Origin: Acidimicrobiales bacterium
GTDB lineage: Bacteria; Actinomycetota; Acidimicrobiia; Acidimicrobiales; CATQHL01
Assembly (NCBI GenBank): GCA_965116465.1
Contig: OZ220687.1
Span: forward strand, 3,016,972 to 3,080,971
Length of the DNA stretch: 64,000 nt
Reading direction: 5' to 3'
Positions 8,457-16,869 of the stretch are shown piece after piece. The notes under the pieces were generated by a model that saw only the letters and a list, made by a program, of their open reading frames with translations, was not told where the DNA came from and did no database searches. The position numbers and the translations under genes are program-made. Position 1 is the stretch's first letter; each line of letters begins with the position of its first letter.

Positions 8457-9800
8457 GTGAGATTCACCCTCTCGGAGGTGGCCGGCATCGTCGGCGGCGA
8501 GTTGCTCGGCGCCGACACGGACATCGACGGGGTCTCGGTGGATTCCCGGACACTGCGAGCGGGGGAGCTGTTCGTGCCGCTCGTGGCCGAGCGTGACGGC
8601 CACGACTTCCTCAGCGGCGCAGTGGCGGCCGGCGCCGCCGCCTGCCTGGCGCAACGGGACCGCCTGGACGAACTGGCGGGGCTCGCGGTGCCGATCGTCG
8701 CGGTCGCCGACACCGAGGCGGCGCTGCGGCGACTCGGCGCCGCGGCGCGGGATCGCTTCGCCGGGCCGGTGGTGGGCATCACCGGCTCGGTCGGCAAGAC
8801 CTCCACGAAGGACCTGCTGGCTGCGGCGCTCGGCGTCGCCGGGCCGGTGCGTGCCAGCCCTGCATCGTTCAACAACAGCATCGGGGTCCCGCTCACGCTG
8901 TTGGGCGCCGCGGGAAACGAGCGGGCGTTGGTCGCCGAGATCGGCACCAACGCGCCCGGTGAGATCGCCGACCTGGCGGCGCTCGCCCGGCCCGACGTGG
9001 CGCTGGTCACCGCCGTGAGCGCCGCCCACACCGAGGCGTTCGGCACCCTCGAGGCCGTCGCTCGCGAGAAGTCCGACCTCGTGGCCGCCCTTCCGGCCAA
9101 CGGCACGGCCGTCCTGAACGCCGATGACCACCGGGTCGCGGCCATGTCGGCCCGGACCGGGGCGCAGGTCGTCGGCTACGGGTTCGCTGCCGGCGACGTG
9201 CGGGCCGCCGACCCCACCCTCGACGGTGCGCTCCGGCCCTCGTTCGTGATGGTGACGCCGTGGGGCAGGGCGCCGGTGCGGCTGCGCGCCGCCGGCCTGC
9301 ACAACGCGCACAACGCCCTGGGAGCGGCGGCGGCAGCCCTGGTCCTGGGGGTGAGCATCGAGGCCGTGGCGGCCGGTCTGGGCCGGGCCGAGCTGTCCCC
9401 GTGGCGGATGGCGATCGGCACGAGCGCCACCGGCGCGCTGATCATCAACGACGCCTACAACGCCAACCCGGCTTCTGTGGCCGCGGCGCTGCACTCGCTG
9501 GCGGCGACCCCGGCGCGGCGGCGCGTGGCCGTCCTGGGGGTGATGGCCGAACTGGGCGACCGCCACGCAGCGGAGCACGCCGCCGTGGCCCACCTGGCCG
9601 CCGCGCTGGGAATCGATCTGCTGGCCGTGGCCGAGAACGGCTACGGCGCTGCAACCGTTGCCGACGCCGACGCCGCGCGCGCGGCCCTCGGACCGCTGAG
9701 CCGGGGCGACGCCGTCCTCGTCAAAGCCAGCCGCGTGGCCGGCCTGGAACGCCTGGCGCTGGCGCTCATGGAGGAGTCCGAGGGCGCCCCGCCCACCTGA
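8457..9800 (+). CDS. murF: UDP-N-acetylmuramoyl-tripeptide--D-alanyl-D-alanine ligase
   Basis: DSR, RDGHDF, GITGSVGKTSTKD, SFNNSIGVPLTL, INDAYNANP, VLGVMAELG, VLVKASR. Confidence 0.96.
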   Translation: MRFTLSEVAGIVGGELLGADTDIDGVSVDSRTLRAGELFVPLVAERDGHDFLSGAVAAGAAACLAQRDRLDELAGLAVPIVAVADTEAALRRLGAAARDRFAGPVVGITGSVGKTSTKDLLAAALGVAGPVRASPASFNNSIGVPLTLLGAAGNERALVAEIGTNAPGEIADLAALARPDVALVTAVSAAHTEAFGTLEAVAREKSDLVAALPANGTAVLNADDHRVAAMSARTGAQVVGYGFAAGDVRAADPTLDGALRPSFVMVTPWGRAPVRLRAAGLHNAHNALGAAAAALVLGVSIEAVAAGLGRAELSPWRMAIGTSATGALIINDAYNANPASVAAALHSLAATPARRRVAVLGVMAELGDRHAAEHAAVAHLAAALGIDLLAVAENGYGAATVADADAARAALGPLSRGDAVLVKASRVAGLERLALALMEESEGAPPT

Positions 9801-9816
9801 TCCGTAGAATCGTGTG

Positions 9817-10890
9817 ATGGCCGCGACGGCGTTCGAGAGCATCCCCGTGATCGACGTGGCGCCCCTCGCCACCGGCGGTCCGCCGCCCCGCGCGCTCGCT
9901 GAGGAACTGACGGCGGCCTGTCACCAGGTTGGCTTCGTCCTCGTCGTCAACCACGGTGTCGACGACGATCTGCACAGCGCCGTCTTCGAGATGATGCGCC
10001 GCTTCTTCAGCCTCCCCGAGCAGAGCAAGCGGCTGATCGACAAGCAGGCGTCGCGCCATTTCCGGGGCTGGGAGCCGGTCGGGACCGAGTACACCAACAA
10101 CCGCCCCGACATCCGCGAGCAGATCGACTGCTGGTCCGAATGGCCGGCCCGCAGCCGCGACGTGCAGCCCGATTACCTGCGGCTGCTGGGGCCCAACCAG
10201 TGGCTGTCCCCGGATGTGCTCGCCGACCACGAGGCCCTCAGCAACCGCTGGTCCGCAGCCCTCGGAGGGGTCGCCGCGCGGCTCTTGGAGGCTCTCTGGA
10301 GAGGCCTGGGACTGCCGCCGGACCACCTCCGCCGGTTCATCGGCGACGAGCCCATGTCGCTGACGAAGTTCATCCACTACCCCGCCACACCGCCCGGCGC
10401 CGCCGGGGTCAACGCCCATCACGACACGGGGTTCCTCACGATCCTGTCGACGGGCGGGACGCCGGGGCTGCAGGTGCAGAACCCGGCGGGGCAGTGGATC
10501 GACGTGCCGCGCGTGCCGGGCTCGCTGGTGGTCAACCTGGGCGAGAGCCTGCAGGCCATGACCGGCAACTATCTCGTGGCCACGCCCCACCGGGTGATCT
10601 CCACGGCGGAGCGCTATGCCAGCGGCCACTTCTACGGCCCGTCGCTGGAGGCGTCCCTGGACCCGCTCCCCCTGGACGCCCGCTTCGCCGAGGCGGTGGC
10701 CGCCAGTGCCCACCATGCCAACGCCGGTTTCATGGCCCGCCGGGAAGAGCTGCAGGCCGGCGTCGGGGACATGGCCAGCGACTACCGGCCGGCCACCTAC
10801 GGCGAGCAACTCTGGAACTACTTCTCCCGCAGCTATCCCGAGATCGTCGATCACCACTACGGGGTGGCCCGTGCGGGTGCACGGCCGTAG
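9817..10890 (+). CDS. 2OG-Fe(II) oxygenase, isopenicillin N synthase family
   Basis: IPVIDV, GFVLVVNHGV, HHDTGFLTIL (HxD), VNLGE, ATPHRV, RYAS. Confidence 0.92.
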   Translation: MAATAFESIPVIDVAPLATGGPPPRALAEELTAACHQVGFVLVVNHGVDDDLHSAVFEMMRRFFSLPEQSKRLIDKQASRHFRGWEPVGTEYTNNRPDIREQIDCWSEWPARSRDVQPDYLRLLGPNQWLSPDVLADHEALSNRWSAALGGVAARLLEALWRGLGLPPDHLRRFIGDEPMSLTKFIHYPATPPGAAGVNAHHDTGFLTILSTGGTPGLQVQNPAGQWIDVPRVPGSLVVNLGESLQAMTGNYLVATPHRVISTAERYASGHFYGPSLEASLDPLPLDARFAEAVAASAHHANAGFMARREELQAGVGDMASDYRPATYGEQLWNYFSRSYPEIVDHHYGVARAGARP

Positions 10891-10905
10891 AATCCTGCAT
10901 CTCCC

Positions 10906-10982
10906 GGACCGTTAGCTCAGACTGGTAGAGCGCTCGCTTCACACGCGAGAGGTCACTGGTTCAAGTCCAGTACGGTCCACCA
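10906..10982 (+). tRNA. tRNA-Val(CAC)
   Basis: Acceptor stem GGACCGT/ACGGTCC, D-arm TAGCTCAG-TGGTAGAGC, anticodon arm CTCGC-TT-CAC-AC-GCGAG, GGTTCAAGTCC T-arm, encoded CCA; TAGAAT -10 upstream. Confidence 0.96.
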
Positions 10983-11188
10983 AGATTGGCCACTGACCTG
11001 CGGAAACAGTAGGCATACCCTGGCGGTCACTCCGGCTTTCCGAAGTTCAGCCGATCCAGGAGGACGCTGGTGCTCGACGAGAGGGGAGTCTTTGGCGGCG
11101 GTGCCCACGGCCCGGCCTGCTCTGAGGCACTGCGTGAGGGTGATCTCGAGAAACTCCGACGGCTCCAAGCCGAGATGGACGCGCAGCC

Positions 11189-11494
11189 GTGTTGATGTGG
11201 ACGTTCGCACGGGTCGCGTTGTGCGCCCTTGTGGGAGTTGGCGTCCTTGTCGGTTGTTCCCGAGCCGCGACCTACTCCGATGGCATCGAGGACGCGACGC
11301 TCGCGCTCGCTCAGGCGTGCCACGCCCCGTCCCCGTCCCCGCCAGCTGTCGAGCCTGGGGAGACGGCCTGGGAGTACCGTGCTCGTGTTTCCTACGAGCA
11401 GCAGAACAGGTTCTGGGAGTGCGAGGAGGAGATCTCGAGGCAGTGGCGCAAGGTAGACCGGCTTCGCAGCGAGGACTTGGGGCCGCACTGGTGA
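11189..11494 (+). CDS. Small hypothetical lipoprotein
   Basis: Hydrophobic N-terminus with lipobox VLVGC. Confidence 0.55.
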   Translation: MLMWTFARVALCALVGVGVLVGCSRAATYSDGIEDATLALAQACHAPSPSPPAVEPGETAWEYRARVSYEQQNRFWECEEEISRQWRKVDRLRSEDLGPHW

Positions 11495-11533
11495 TTCAAT
11501 TGCAACCAGCGTCCGCTACACGGTCTTCACGGA

Positions 11534-11731
11534 TTGAAGGCCGCGGCCAATTGGATTGAGTCCACGAACAGCGCCTCGACGCGTGTGCCGCGGGGTTCCG
11601 ATGTGCGAGCACTCCTTCAGTCGCTGCGGGATCACTCCAACGACAGTGTCATGATTCGCGCCTGGAGCTGTGCCGACGAGATTCTCGGGACGATCACATT
11701 CGACCTGGCTGGTTTCGCAGGTGGCCGGTGA
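11534..11731 (+). pseudogene. C-terminal fragment of a probable secreted protein (W-ESTN...ITFDLAG)
   Basis: Protein-like C-terminus with no convincing start. Confidence 0.3.
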
Positions 11732-11779
11732 ACCGGCGTGTGACCCTTGCGTCGGTTAGGGCGTCGGCGTGAGGGGGGG

Positions 11780-12046
11780 CTATTGCGCGTAACCGCGTGC
11801 CGCAGTGATGAGTCGAAGCGGGACATCGCCCACCACGCCCGCAGCGCGTTCAAGGCTTGCGCCGATGCTGTGTGCCTGGTTGAGGACGCGTTGGACATCG
11901 GTTGCCAGTTCGTCGGGCAGTGCGCCAGTCTCCTGTGCCGCGAGAAGTGCCTGTACCGCGTCGTTGAAGTCGCGCAAGGGTTGAATCGTGCATTCCTGCA
12001 GGAGTTGGCCCGCCGCGTGGATCTTGGTTGCGTGGTCTCGGTTCAT
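11780..12046 (-). CDS. Hypothetical helical protein (88 aa)
   Basis: ATG preceded by GGGGA SD-like sequence; no recognised domain. Confidence 0.4.
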   Translation of the reverse strand: MNRDHATKIHAAGQLLQECTIQPLRDFNDAVQALLAAQETGALPDELATDVQRVLNQAHSIGASLERAAGVVGDVPLRLITAARGYAQ

Positions 12047-12089
12047 GGTGTGTCCCCGTCAGATTGACTGGTTCCGAGGTTAGGGTGCC

Positions 12090-12310
12090 CCAGATGGTCA
12101 CCGGTGCGTCGCCGGGGCTGGCACCGGTCGCCCACGCACCCCAGAACCAACCGGGTGGCGCGATCCAACTGCCGGGGATGCCTCCAAGTCAGGGCGCGCA
12201 GGAACGTCCCCACGGTCGACGGTGCGGGCATCTCGAACCCCAACACCCGCCACGTTGCCCTGGCGCGCAGACGGTGGATGTTGATGAGCACAGCGCCGTC
12301 CGGTTGGTGT
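12090..12310 (-). pseudogene. IS1380-family transposase remnant (frameshifted)
   Basis: LRARAT-RVLGFEMPAPSTVGTFLRALTWRHPRQLDR, then in another frame AWATGASPGDAPVTI; both match the actinobacterial IS1380 Tnp N-terminal region as I recall it. Confidence 0.7.
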
Positions 12311-12469
12311 TGCGACCACCACGTACTCAATGCCAGACCGGCACGCCACGAGCGTTGCCGGGAATACCGTTGGTCGAGTTTCCGTGACGGAGCGGATCGC
12401 CCGACGCCCGAGTCCACGGTGAGACGGCGGCCGCCCAGATAGCGGCTCAGGACGCCGCCGCGGCGGCAG

Positions 12470-12741
12470 CCCGCGCCGCCGCACCCGCGACGGCCACAAC
12501 TACGACACCGCCAACGACCGTGGATCTATGCGAACTCGTCGGCGTCATCGGTGGCAGGAGGGACGTCTCGGAGTGCGAGGGCTACCGCGCCATCGCTCTA
12601 TGGATATGCGAGACAGCGGAGCAGGAAGGTGTCTCCACGGTCACAGTTGCCGACCGGTGGATTACCGAGTTTGCGTCGGTGTCGGTGATCGCGGCCGACG
12701 AGGCGGACACGATCCGATTGGCAGTCGACCACTGGTGCTGA
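12470..12741 (+). pseudogene. Truncated secreted-protein fragment (Thr/Pro linker plus DUF732-like Cys-flanked helical domain)
   Basis: ATATTTTPPTT linker, then ALWIC...AVDHWC; no signal peptide. Confidence 0.3.
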
Positions 12742-12791
12742 CCGGGTGTGTGAGTGTCAGCAACCAAGTCCGACGGTGACCGGCCGCGCTG

Positions 12792-13226
12792 TCAGCCTCC
12801 CGGGGTTGCCGGGGCGACGGCGAGGTTCTCTGCCTCGGCACCGGCATGGAGGCGGCGATCCCACGCCGCCAGGACGAGGGAGGAGGCGTCGATTTCCAGC
12901 GCACTGGCGAGGTGCACCGCGTCGGCGCCGCGGAGTCGATGGCGCTTGGCCAACCGCCCTGCCACCCGCTGGACGCGCTCGCTGAGTTCCACGGGCCTGA
13001 TAGCCGCCCAGAACTCCTCCCAATCCTGCTCGCACGTCGCCAGGCTCTCCTCGTCGAGGTCACCGTTGCGCCCCGCCGCGGCCAAGGTCGCGCACACCTC
13101 CGGATAGGCCAGACGGCTCGAAACCGCGGCGTCGCAGCCATCCCAGAGAGCCGCCGCTATGTCACTACCGGGCTCAGTGACGAGCAGCTTCACCAGCGCG
13201 CTGGCGTCGAAGTAGACGATGGCCAC
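12792..13226 (-). CDS. vapC: VapC PIN-domain toxin
   Basis: IVYFDASALVKL, SRLAYPEV, LRGADAVHLASA, AAWDRRL. Confidence 0.92.
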   Translation of the reverse strand: MAIVYFDASALVKLLVTEPGSDIAAALWDGCDAAVSSRLAYPEVCATLAAAGRNGDLDEESLATCEQDWEEFWAAIRPVELSERVQRVAGRLAKRHRLRGADAVHLASALEIDASSLVLAAWDRRLHAGAEAENLAVAPATPGG

Positions 13227-13229
13227 CCG

Positions 13230-13499
13230 TCAGCGCCGCTGCTCACTCACCAGGTCCGACACCGGCCGGCGAGACCGGGGCAGCGGGCGACCCGTCGCCT
13301 TGGGGCGGTCCTGCCGGGTCGGCCTGGCGACGATCCCCTGCTGCTGTAGCGATTCGATGGTCGTGGCGCCGTCGATCCCCAGGATCCTCGCCACGGGCAC
13401 TCCCCGGTCCGTGACGACGACCTCGTCGCCGTTGCGCGCCCGATCGAGCCAGTGGCTCAACCTCGCCCGAAGCTCGGTAACCGCAACGTCCACATCCAT
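13230..13499 (-). CDS. Phd/YefM-family antitoxin
   Basis: VAVTELRARLSHWLDRARNGDEVVVTDRGVPVARI. Confidence 0.92.
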   Translation of the reverse strand: MDVDVAVTELRARLSHWLDRARNGDEVVVTDRGVPVARILGIDGATTIESLQQQGIVARPTRQDRPKATGRPLPRSRRPVSDLVSEQRR

Positions 13500-13502
13500 G
13501 AG

Positions 13503-13531
13503 TGTACAATTAGAAACGATCAATCTGTACA
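13503..13531. promoter_or_regulatory. Two TGTACA palindromes overlapping the -10 (TACACT) of the Phd/VapC operon
   Basis: TGTACA at 13503-13508 and 13526-13531; same core as characterised YefM/Axe operators. Confidence 0.7.
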
Positions 13532-13599
13532 CATCCGGATGGTGCGGTGGCGCAATACGCCGCCGCAACGAGTTGCGGCCACGAGAGTCCGGCGCAACT

Positions 13600-14238
13600 G
13601 ATTCCGGCTCCCGCTACCACGGCGGTCGCCGCCGACCTGATCGAAGGGCTCGGCCCCTGGTGGCAGAGCCGGATCCGGCCACCCCGGCCTACGATCGGCG
13701 CCGCTTCGCCGGCTGGCTCGACGACGACGGGGACTGCGTGAACACGCGCCACGAGATCCTGCAGGCCGAGGCGGTCCACTACGTCATGAACGCCGAGGGA
13801 TGCGCCGTCGCGACCGGGGAGTGGTTCGATCACTACACCGACCTCACGTACACCGACCCGCGTGACCTCGACGTGGATCACGTGGTCGCGCTGGCCGACG
13901 CCTGGGTGTCGGGCGCTTGGGCCTGGGCTGATGAACTGCTGGACCGCTTCAGCAACGACCTCGGCAACCTGAACGCCATCGCCGCCGGTGAGAACCGGTC
14001 GAAGTCGGTCAGGGGGCCTGCCGACTACGCCCCCACTGCACCGGCGGCCCGCTGCGAATACCTCGTGCAGTACGCCACCGTCAAGATCCGATGGGAACTC
14101 TCGATCACCCCGGAGGACTTCGCTGCGGTCGCATCCGGCCTGACCGGCTGCGACGTGAACATCGTGCCGGACGGCGGGCCAGCCGTCCCGAGTGCTCCCA
14201 CAAGGGTTACCGAGGCCTCGCCGACTGCGACCCCCTGA
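13600..14238 (+). pseudogene. HNH (DUF1524-like) secreted nuclease domain, 5'-truncated or frameshifted
   Basis: YDRRRF--W-D-DGDC-NTRHEIL, LDVDHVVALADAW-SGA, F-NDL-NL, NRSK--GPA; upstream linker PATTAVAADLIEGLG is in another frame (shift at about 13656). Confidence 0.7.
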
Positions 14239-14265
14239 GGGGGACCCGTCGAAGTGTCGACGACC

Positions 14266-14357
14266 GGCGTCCTTCTCGGTTGTACCCGAGTCCCGACCTA
14301 CTCCGATGGCATCGAGAGCGCGACGCTCGCGCTCACTCAGGCGTGTCAAGCCCCGTC
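14266..14357 (+). repeat. 92-bp diverged copy of 11240-11331 (lipoprotein gene fragment)
   Basis: Manual ungapped alignment, 83/92 identical. Confidence 0.85.
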
Positions 14358-14444
14358 AACTTCGTCGGCTCTGTGTGCACGTTCTTCTGAGATTCCGGCC
14401 GGCCGTGGCGACGTTAGCGATGATGTTTCGTGTAGACTCGAAGT

Positions 14445-14759
14445 ATGACATTGCATGATTTCGCCAGAAAGGCGTTCGATGAACTCAACGCTGCGCTGTG
14501 CTCGGAAGGCGACGCGGCGCGTGTCCGCTACTTCTGGATGGAGCCGGACTACAGCTTCGTGGACGAGTGGATGATCTACGCCATATGGGAACTGCCCCCG
14601 CATGGCGGCGACTGCTGGCCGCTGGAGATGCTCGACAAGTATCGACGGCGTACTCACGAGGTGGTCGGCGACGCAGCGTTCACGCACGCCTTCTTCCGCA
14701 CCTCCGAGCAACTCGCCGATCCGGCGCATCAGCGGGGTGTGGAACTGCAGCCCGCGTAG
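14445..14759 (+). CDS. Small acidic hypothetical protein, putative partner/antitoxin of the HEPN protein
   Basis: TAGACT-N6-ATG leaderless start; 15 nt upstream of the HEPN gene. Confidence 0.6.
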   Translation: MTLHDFARKAFDELNAALCSEGDAARVRYFWMEPDYSFVDEWMIYAIWELPPHGGDCWPLEMLDKYRRRTHEVVGDAAFTHAFFRTSEQLADPAHQRGVELQPA

Positions 14760-14774
14760 CTCGAGGCGATCACC

Positions 14775-15293
14775 GTGCTGAGCCCCGAGGGTCTACTCGA
14801 TGCGGCGCGCCACTTGGTGCCGGCGGGGCCGGGCCGGCCGCGGGTTCCGCGGCTGCGCCGAGCGATCTCGACGGCCTACTACGCGGCCTTCGCGGCGCTG
14901 ACACAGGAGGTCGCCCACCACTACCCGGCCAACGCAGCTCGGCATGCCGTCCGCCGGCTGGTAGGCCATGGAGCGGCGCGCAACGTGTGCGCCGCTCTTC
15001 GCGCCCGTGGGTCGGTGCCGTGGCTACGGGGTGACCCGACCTGCGATCCCCATCTACTGCGGTTCGCCGAGGACTTCGAGTCGCTCTTCTCCAATCGCGT
15101 ACAGGCCGACTACGACCACGACTACGCCTGTACGAAGGAGGACGTTACGGAAGCCCTCTCGCTGGCGGGCCGAGCGATCGACGCTCTGGAATCGGCACGC
15201 CAGCATTGCCCCGAGCAACTCGACATCGCCTGCATCGCGGCCATCGCCGACGACCGCCGGCGCAGACATCTGTCGCGGCCGAGGACCGGGTAG
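14775..15293 (+). CDS. HEPN-domain protein
   Basis: LRRAISTAYYAAF and L---R-QADYD motifs; GAGG SD. Confidence 0.75.
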   Translation: MLSPEGLLDAARHLVPAGPGRPRVPRLRRAISTAYYAAFAALTQEVAHHYPANAARHAVRRLVGHGAARNVCAALRARGSVPWLRGDPTCDPHLLRFAEDFESLFSNRVQADYDHDYACTKEDVTEALSLAGRAIDALESARQHCPEQLDIACIAAIADDRRRRHLSRPRTG

Positions 15294-15330
15294 CACATCC
15301 CTGCTCCGGCGCGACCGAGCACCCGGGGAA

Positions 15331-15834
15331 TCAATGGTCTCGCGGCCGGTCGAGGAGGGCCAAGACCGCCCTGTCGGGGCTGGTGTGGGTCTCGAACAGC
15401 GGCCCGCACGGTGCCTGCGCCATGTAAATCGAGAGTGCCAGCAAATCCTCAGTTTCGCCGTCGGCACGGTAGTAGCCGGCGAGGCGGACGAAGTCGTTCA
15501 TGCTCCCCAGAAGGCTGCGGCTTGCGGTCTTCGAGTACGAGCCGTCGGCCATGCGCCGGATCTCCTGCACAACGACTTCGTGTGGTACGCCAATAACCGC
15601 GAGCACGTGAGCCAGATGGTCGGGGAATCGCCCCATCAGCGTTGCGGCCGGTGCCAAGGGCATGAACACCGGCAGCAGTGTCCGCTCGTTCATCAGCAGC
15701 GCGACCTGCTGCGGCTTCCAGAACATCGCCGTTGCGTACCAGTTCCCAAGTTGCGGGGCCGGCTCGGCAACCGGTGGCTGAACCGATTGCCTCACTCGGT
15801 CCAGCAGTTTCCTCGTCGCATGAATCGTGTACAT
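15331..15834 (-). CDS. DUF6933-like protein
   Basis: IHATRKLLDR, LGNWYAT, LLMNERTLLPV, KTASRSLLGSMNDF, PCGPL---SPDR. Confidence 0.7.
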   Translation of the reverse strand: MYTIHATRKLLDRVRQSVQPPVAEPAPQLGNWYATAMFWKPQQVALLMNERTLLPVFMPLAPAATLMGRFPDHLAHVLAVIGVPHEVVVQEIRRMADGSYSKTASRSLLGSMNDFVRLAGYYRADGETEDLLALSIYMAQAPCGPLFETHTSPDRAVLALLDRPRDH

Positions 15835-16054
15835 GAACTGCGTTGCCTCCCGGGAGACGTCGCCGGTCGTCGACGATCAGAAGTCGAGATTGAACCTGCG
15901 GGGGGACTTGACCGGAACTGAAGTCACATGACTCGGGCAGCGTCCCAATGTTGGGACACTGCCCTTGGTCGCCGCGGGTCCGGCAACGGTTGCATGACGC
16001 ACGAAGTTCTCCCCGCGGGCGTCGGGGTGCCGCGCCTCCCAGTCGTTCTCAGGA

Positions 16055-16831
16055 TCACCGCGTCCTGGCCAGGAAGTCCTCCACCGCTTCGCAGAACGCG
16101 GTGGGGCTCTCGAGCGGGGGGCAGTGCCCGCAGTTCTCCAGCACGGTGAACTCGGCGTCACCCAGGCCGGCGGCGAGTTCGGCGCCCATCTCCGGAGGGG
16201 TGGTGGTGTCGGCCCCTCCGGCGATTACGAGCGTCGGGTTCCCGATGGCGCCGAGTTGCGGGCGCAGGTCCATGTCGCGCAGCGCCCGGCAGGAGGCCGC
16301 GAACGACTGCGGATCGATCTCCAGAAGCACGGCACGGCGCTCCTCGACGGCGGCGGGATGCGCCTCCAGGTACTCCTCGGTGAAGATCCGCCGCACCGCG
16401 ACCTCCACCACAGCAGCCATTCCCGAGTCGCTCACCAGGTCGCTCATGGTCGTGAAGGCGGCGCGGCGCTCGGGAGAGAAGGCGGCGCCGCCGTTGGCCA
16501 CGACCAGCGGGCCGAACAGGTCGCCGTGGGCGGCGGCGAGCGCCACGCAGACGAAGCTCCCGAAGCCGTTCCCCAGCACGGCCACCTCGTCGCCGGTCAC
16601 GCCTGTCTCCTGCAGTGACCGGCGGAGCGCCTCGGCGATGTCGAACAGCGTGGGTGAAGGATTGGCCAGTGGCGGCGATTCGCCGAAGCCCGGCAGCCAG
16701 ACGCGGTGCAACTCGTAGCGGGACGAGAGTCGCGGCGCCACCTGATCGAAGGCCCGGGCATCGGTGAGCAACGAGTGGACCAGCACGAGCGGCGCACCCG
16801 AACCCTCGCGGTCGATCCGGAGGGGGGACAT
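16055..16831 (-). CDS. Alpha/beta-fold hydrolase (PcaD-like) lacking the nucleophile Ser
   Basis: LVLVHSLL, LPGFGES, elbow LGNGFGS, PTLVIAGGADTTTP, CGHCPPLE; start ATG 16831. Confidence 0.85.
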   Translation of the reverse strand: MSPLRIDREGSGAPLVLVHSLLTDARAFDQVAPRLSSRYELHRVWLPGFGESPPLANPSPTLFDIAEALRRSLQETGVTGDEVAVLGNGFGSFVCVALAAAHGDLFGPLVVANGGAAFSPERRAAFTTMSDLVSDSGMAAVVEVAVRRIFTEEYLEAHPAAVEERRAVLLEIDPQSFAASCRALRDMDLRPQLGAIGNPTLVIAGGADTTTPPEMGAELAAGLGDAEFTVLENCGHCPPLESPTAFCEAVEDFLARTR

Positions 16832-16869
16832 GCCGAGAACTCCTGTTGCGCCTGACCGTGCCGCCGGGC

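Larger units (their letters stand above)
10983..16050. mobile_element. Decayed genomic island downstream of tRNA-Val (TA modules, IS remnant, gene fragments); no integrase seen
   Basis: Abuts the tRNA 3' end; CTGACCTGCGGAAAC motif at about 10993; less GC-biased sequence; fragments; right boundary approximate. Confidence 0.6.

Noticed and set aside
9817-10890. Beta-lactam biosynthesis from the IPNS-like gene next to ddl/murF
   Set aside because: No ACV synthetase or other cluster genes; this is a generic 2OG-Fe(II) oxygenase
15877-15925. Possible attR (tRNA-Val 3' duplicate) closing the island
   Set aside because: Only short GGTCAAGTCC-like similarity, and in the wrong orientation
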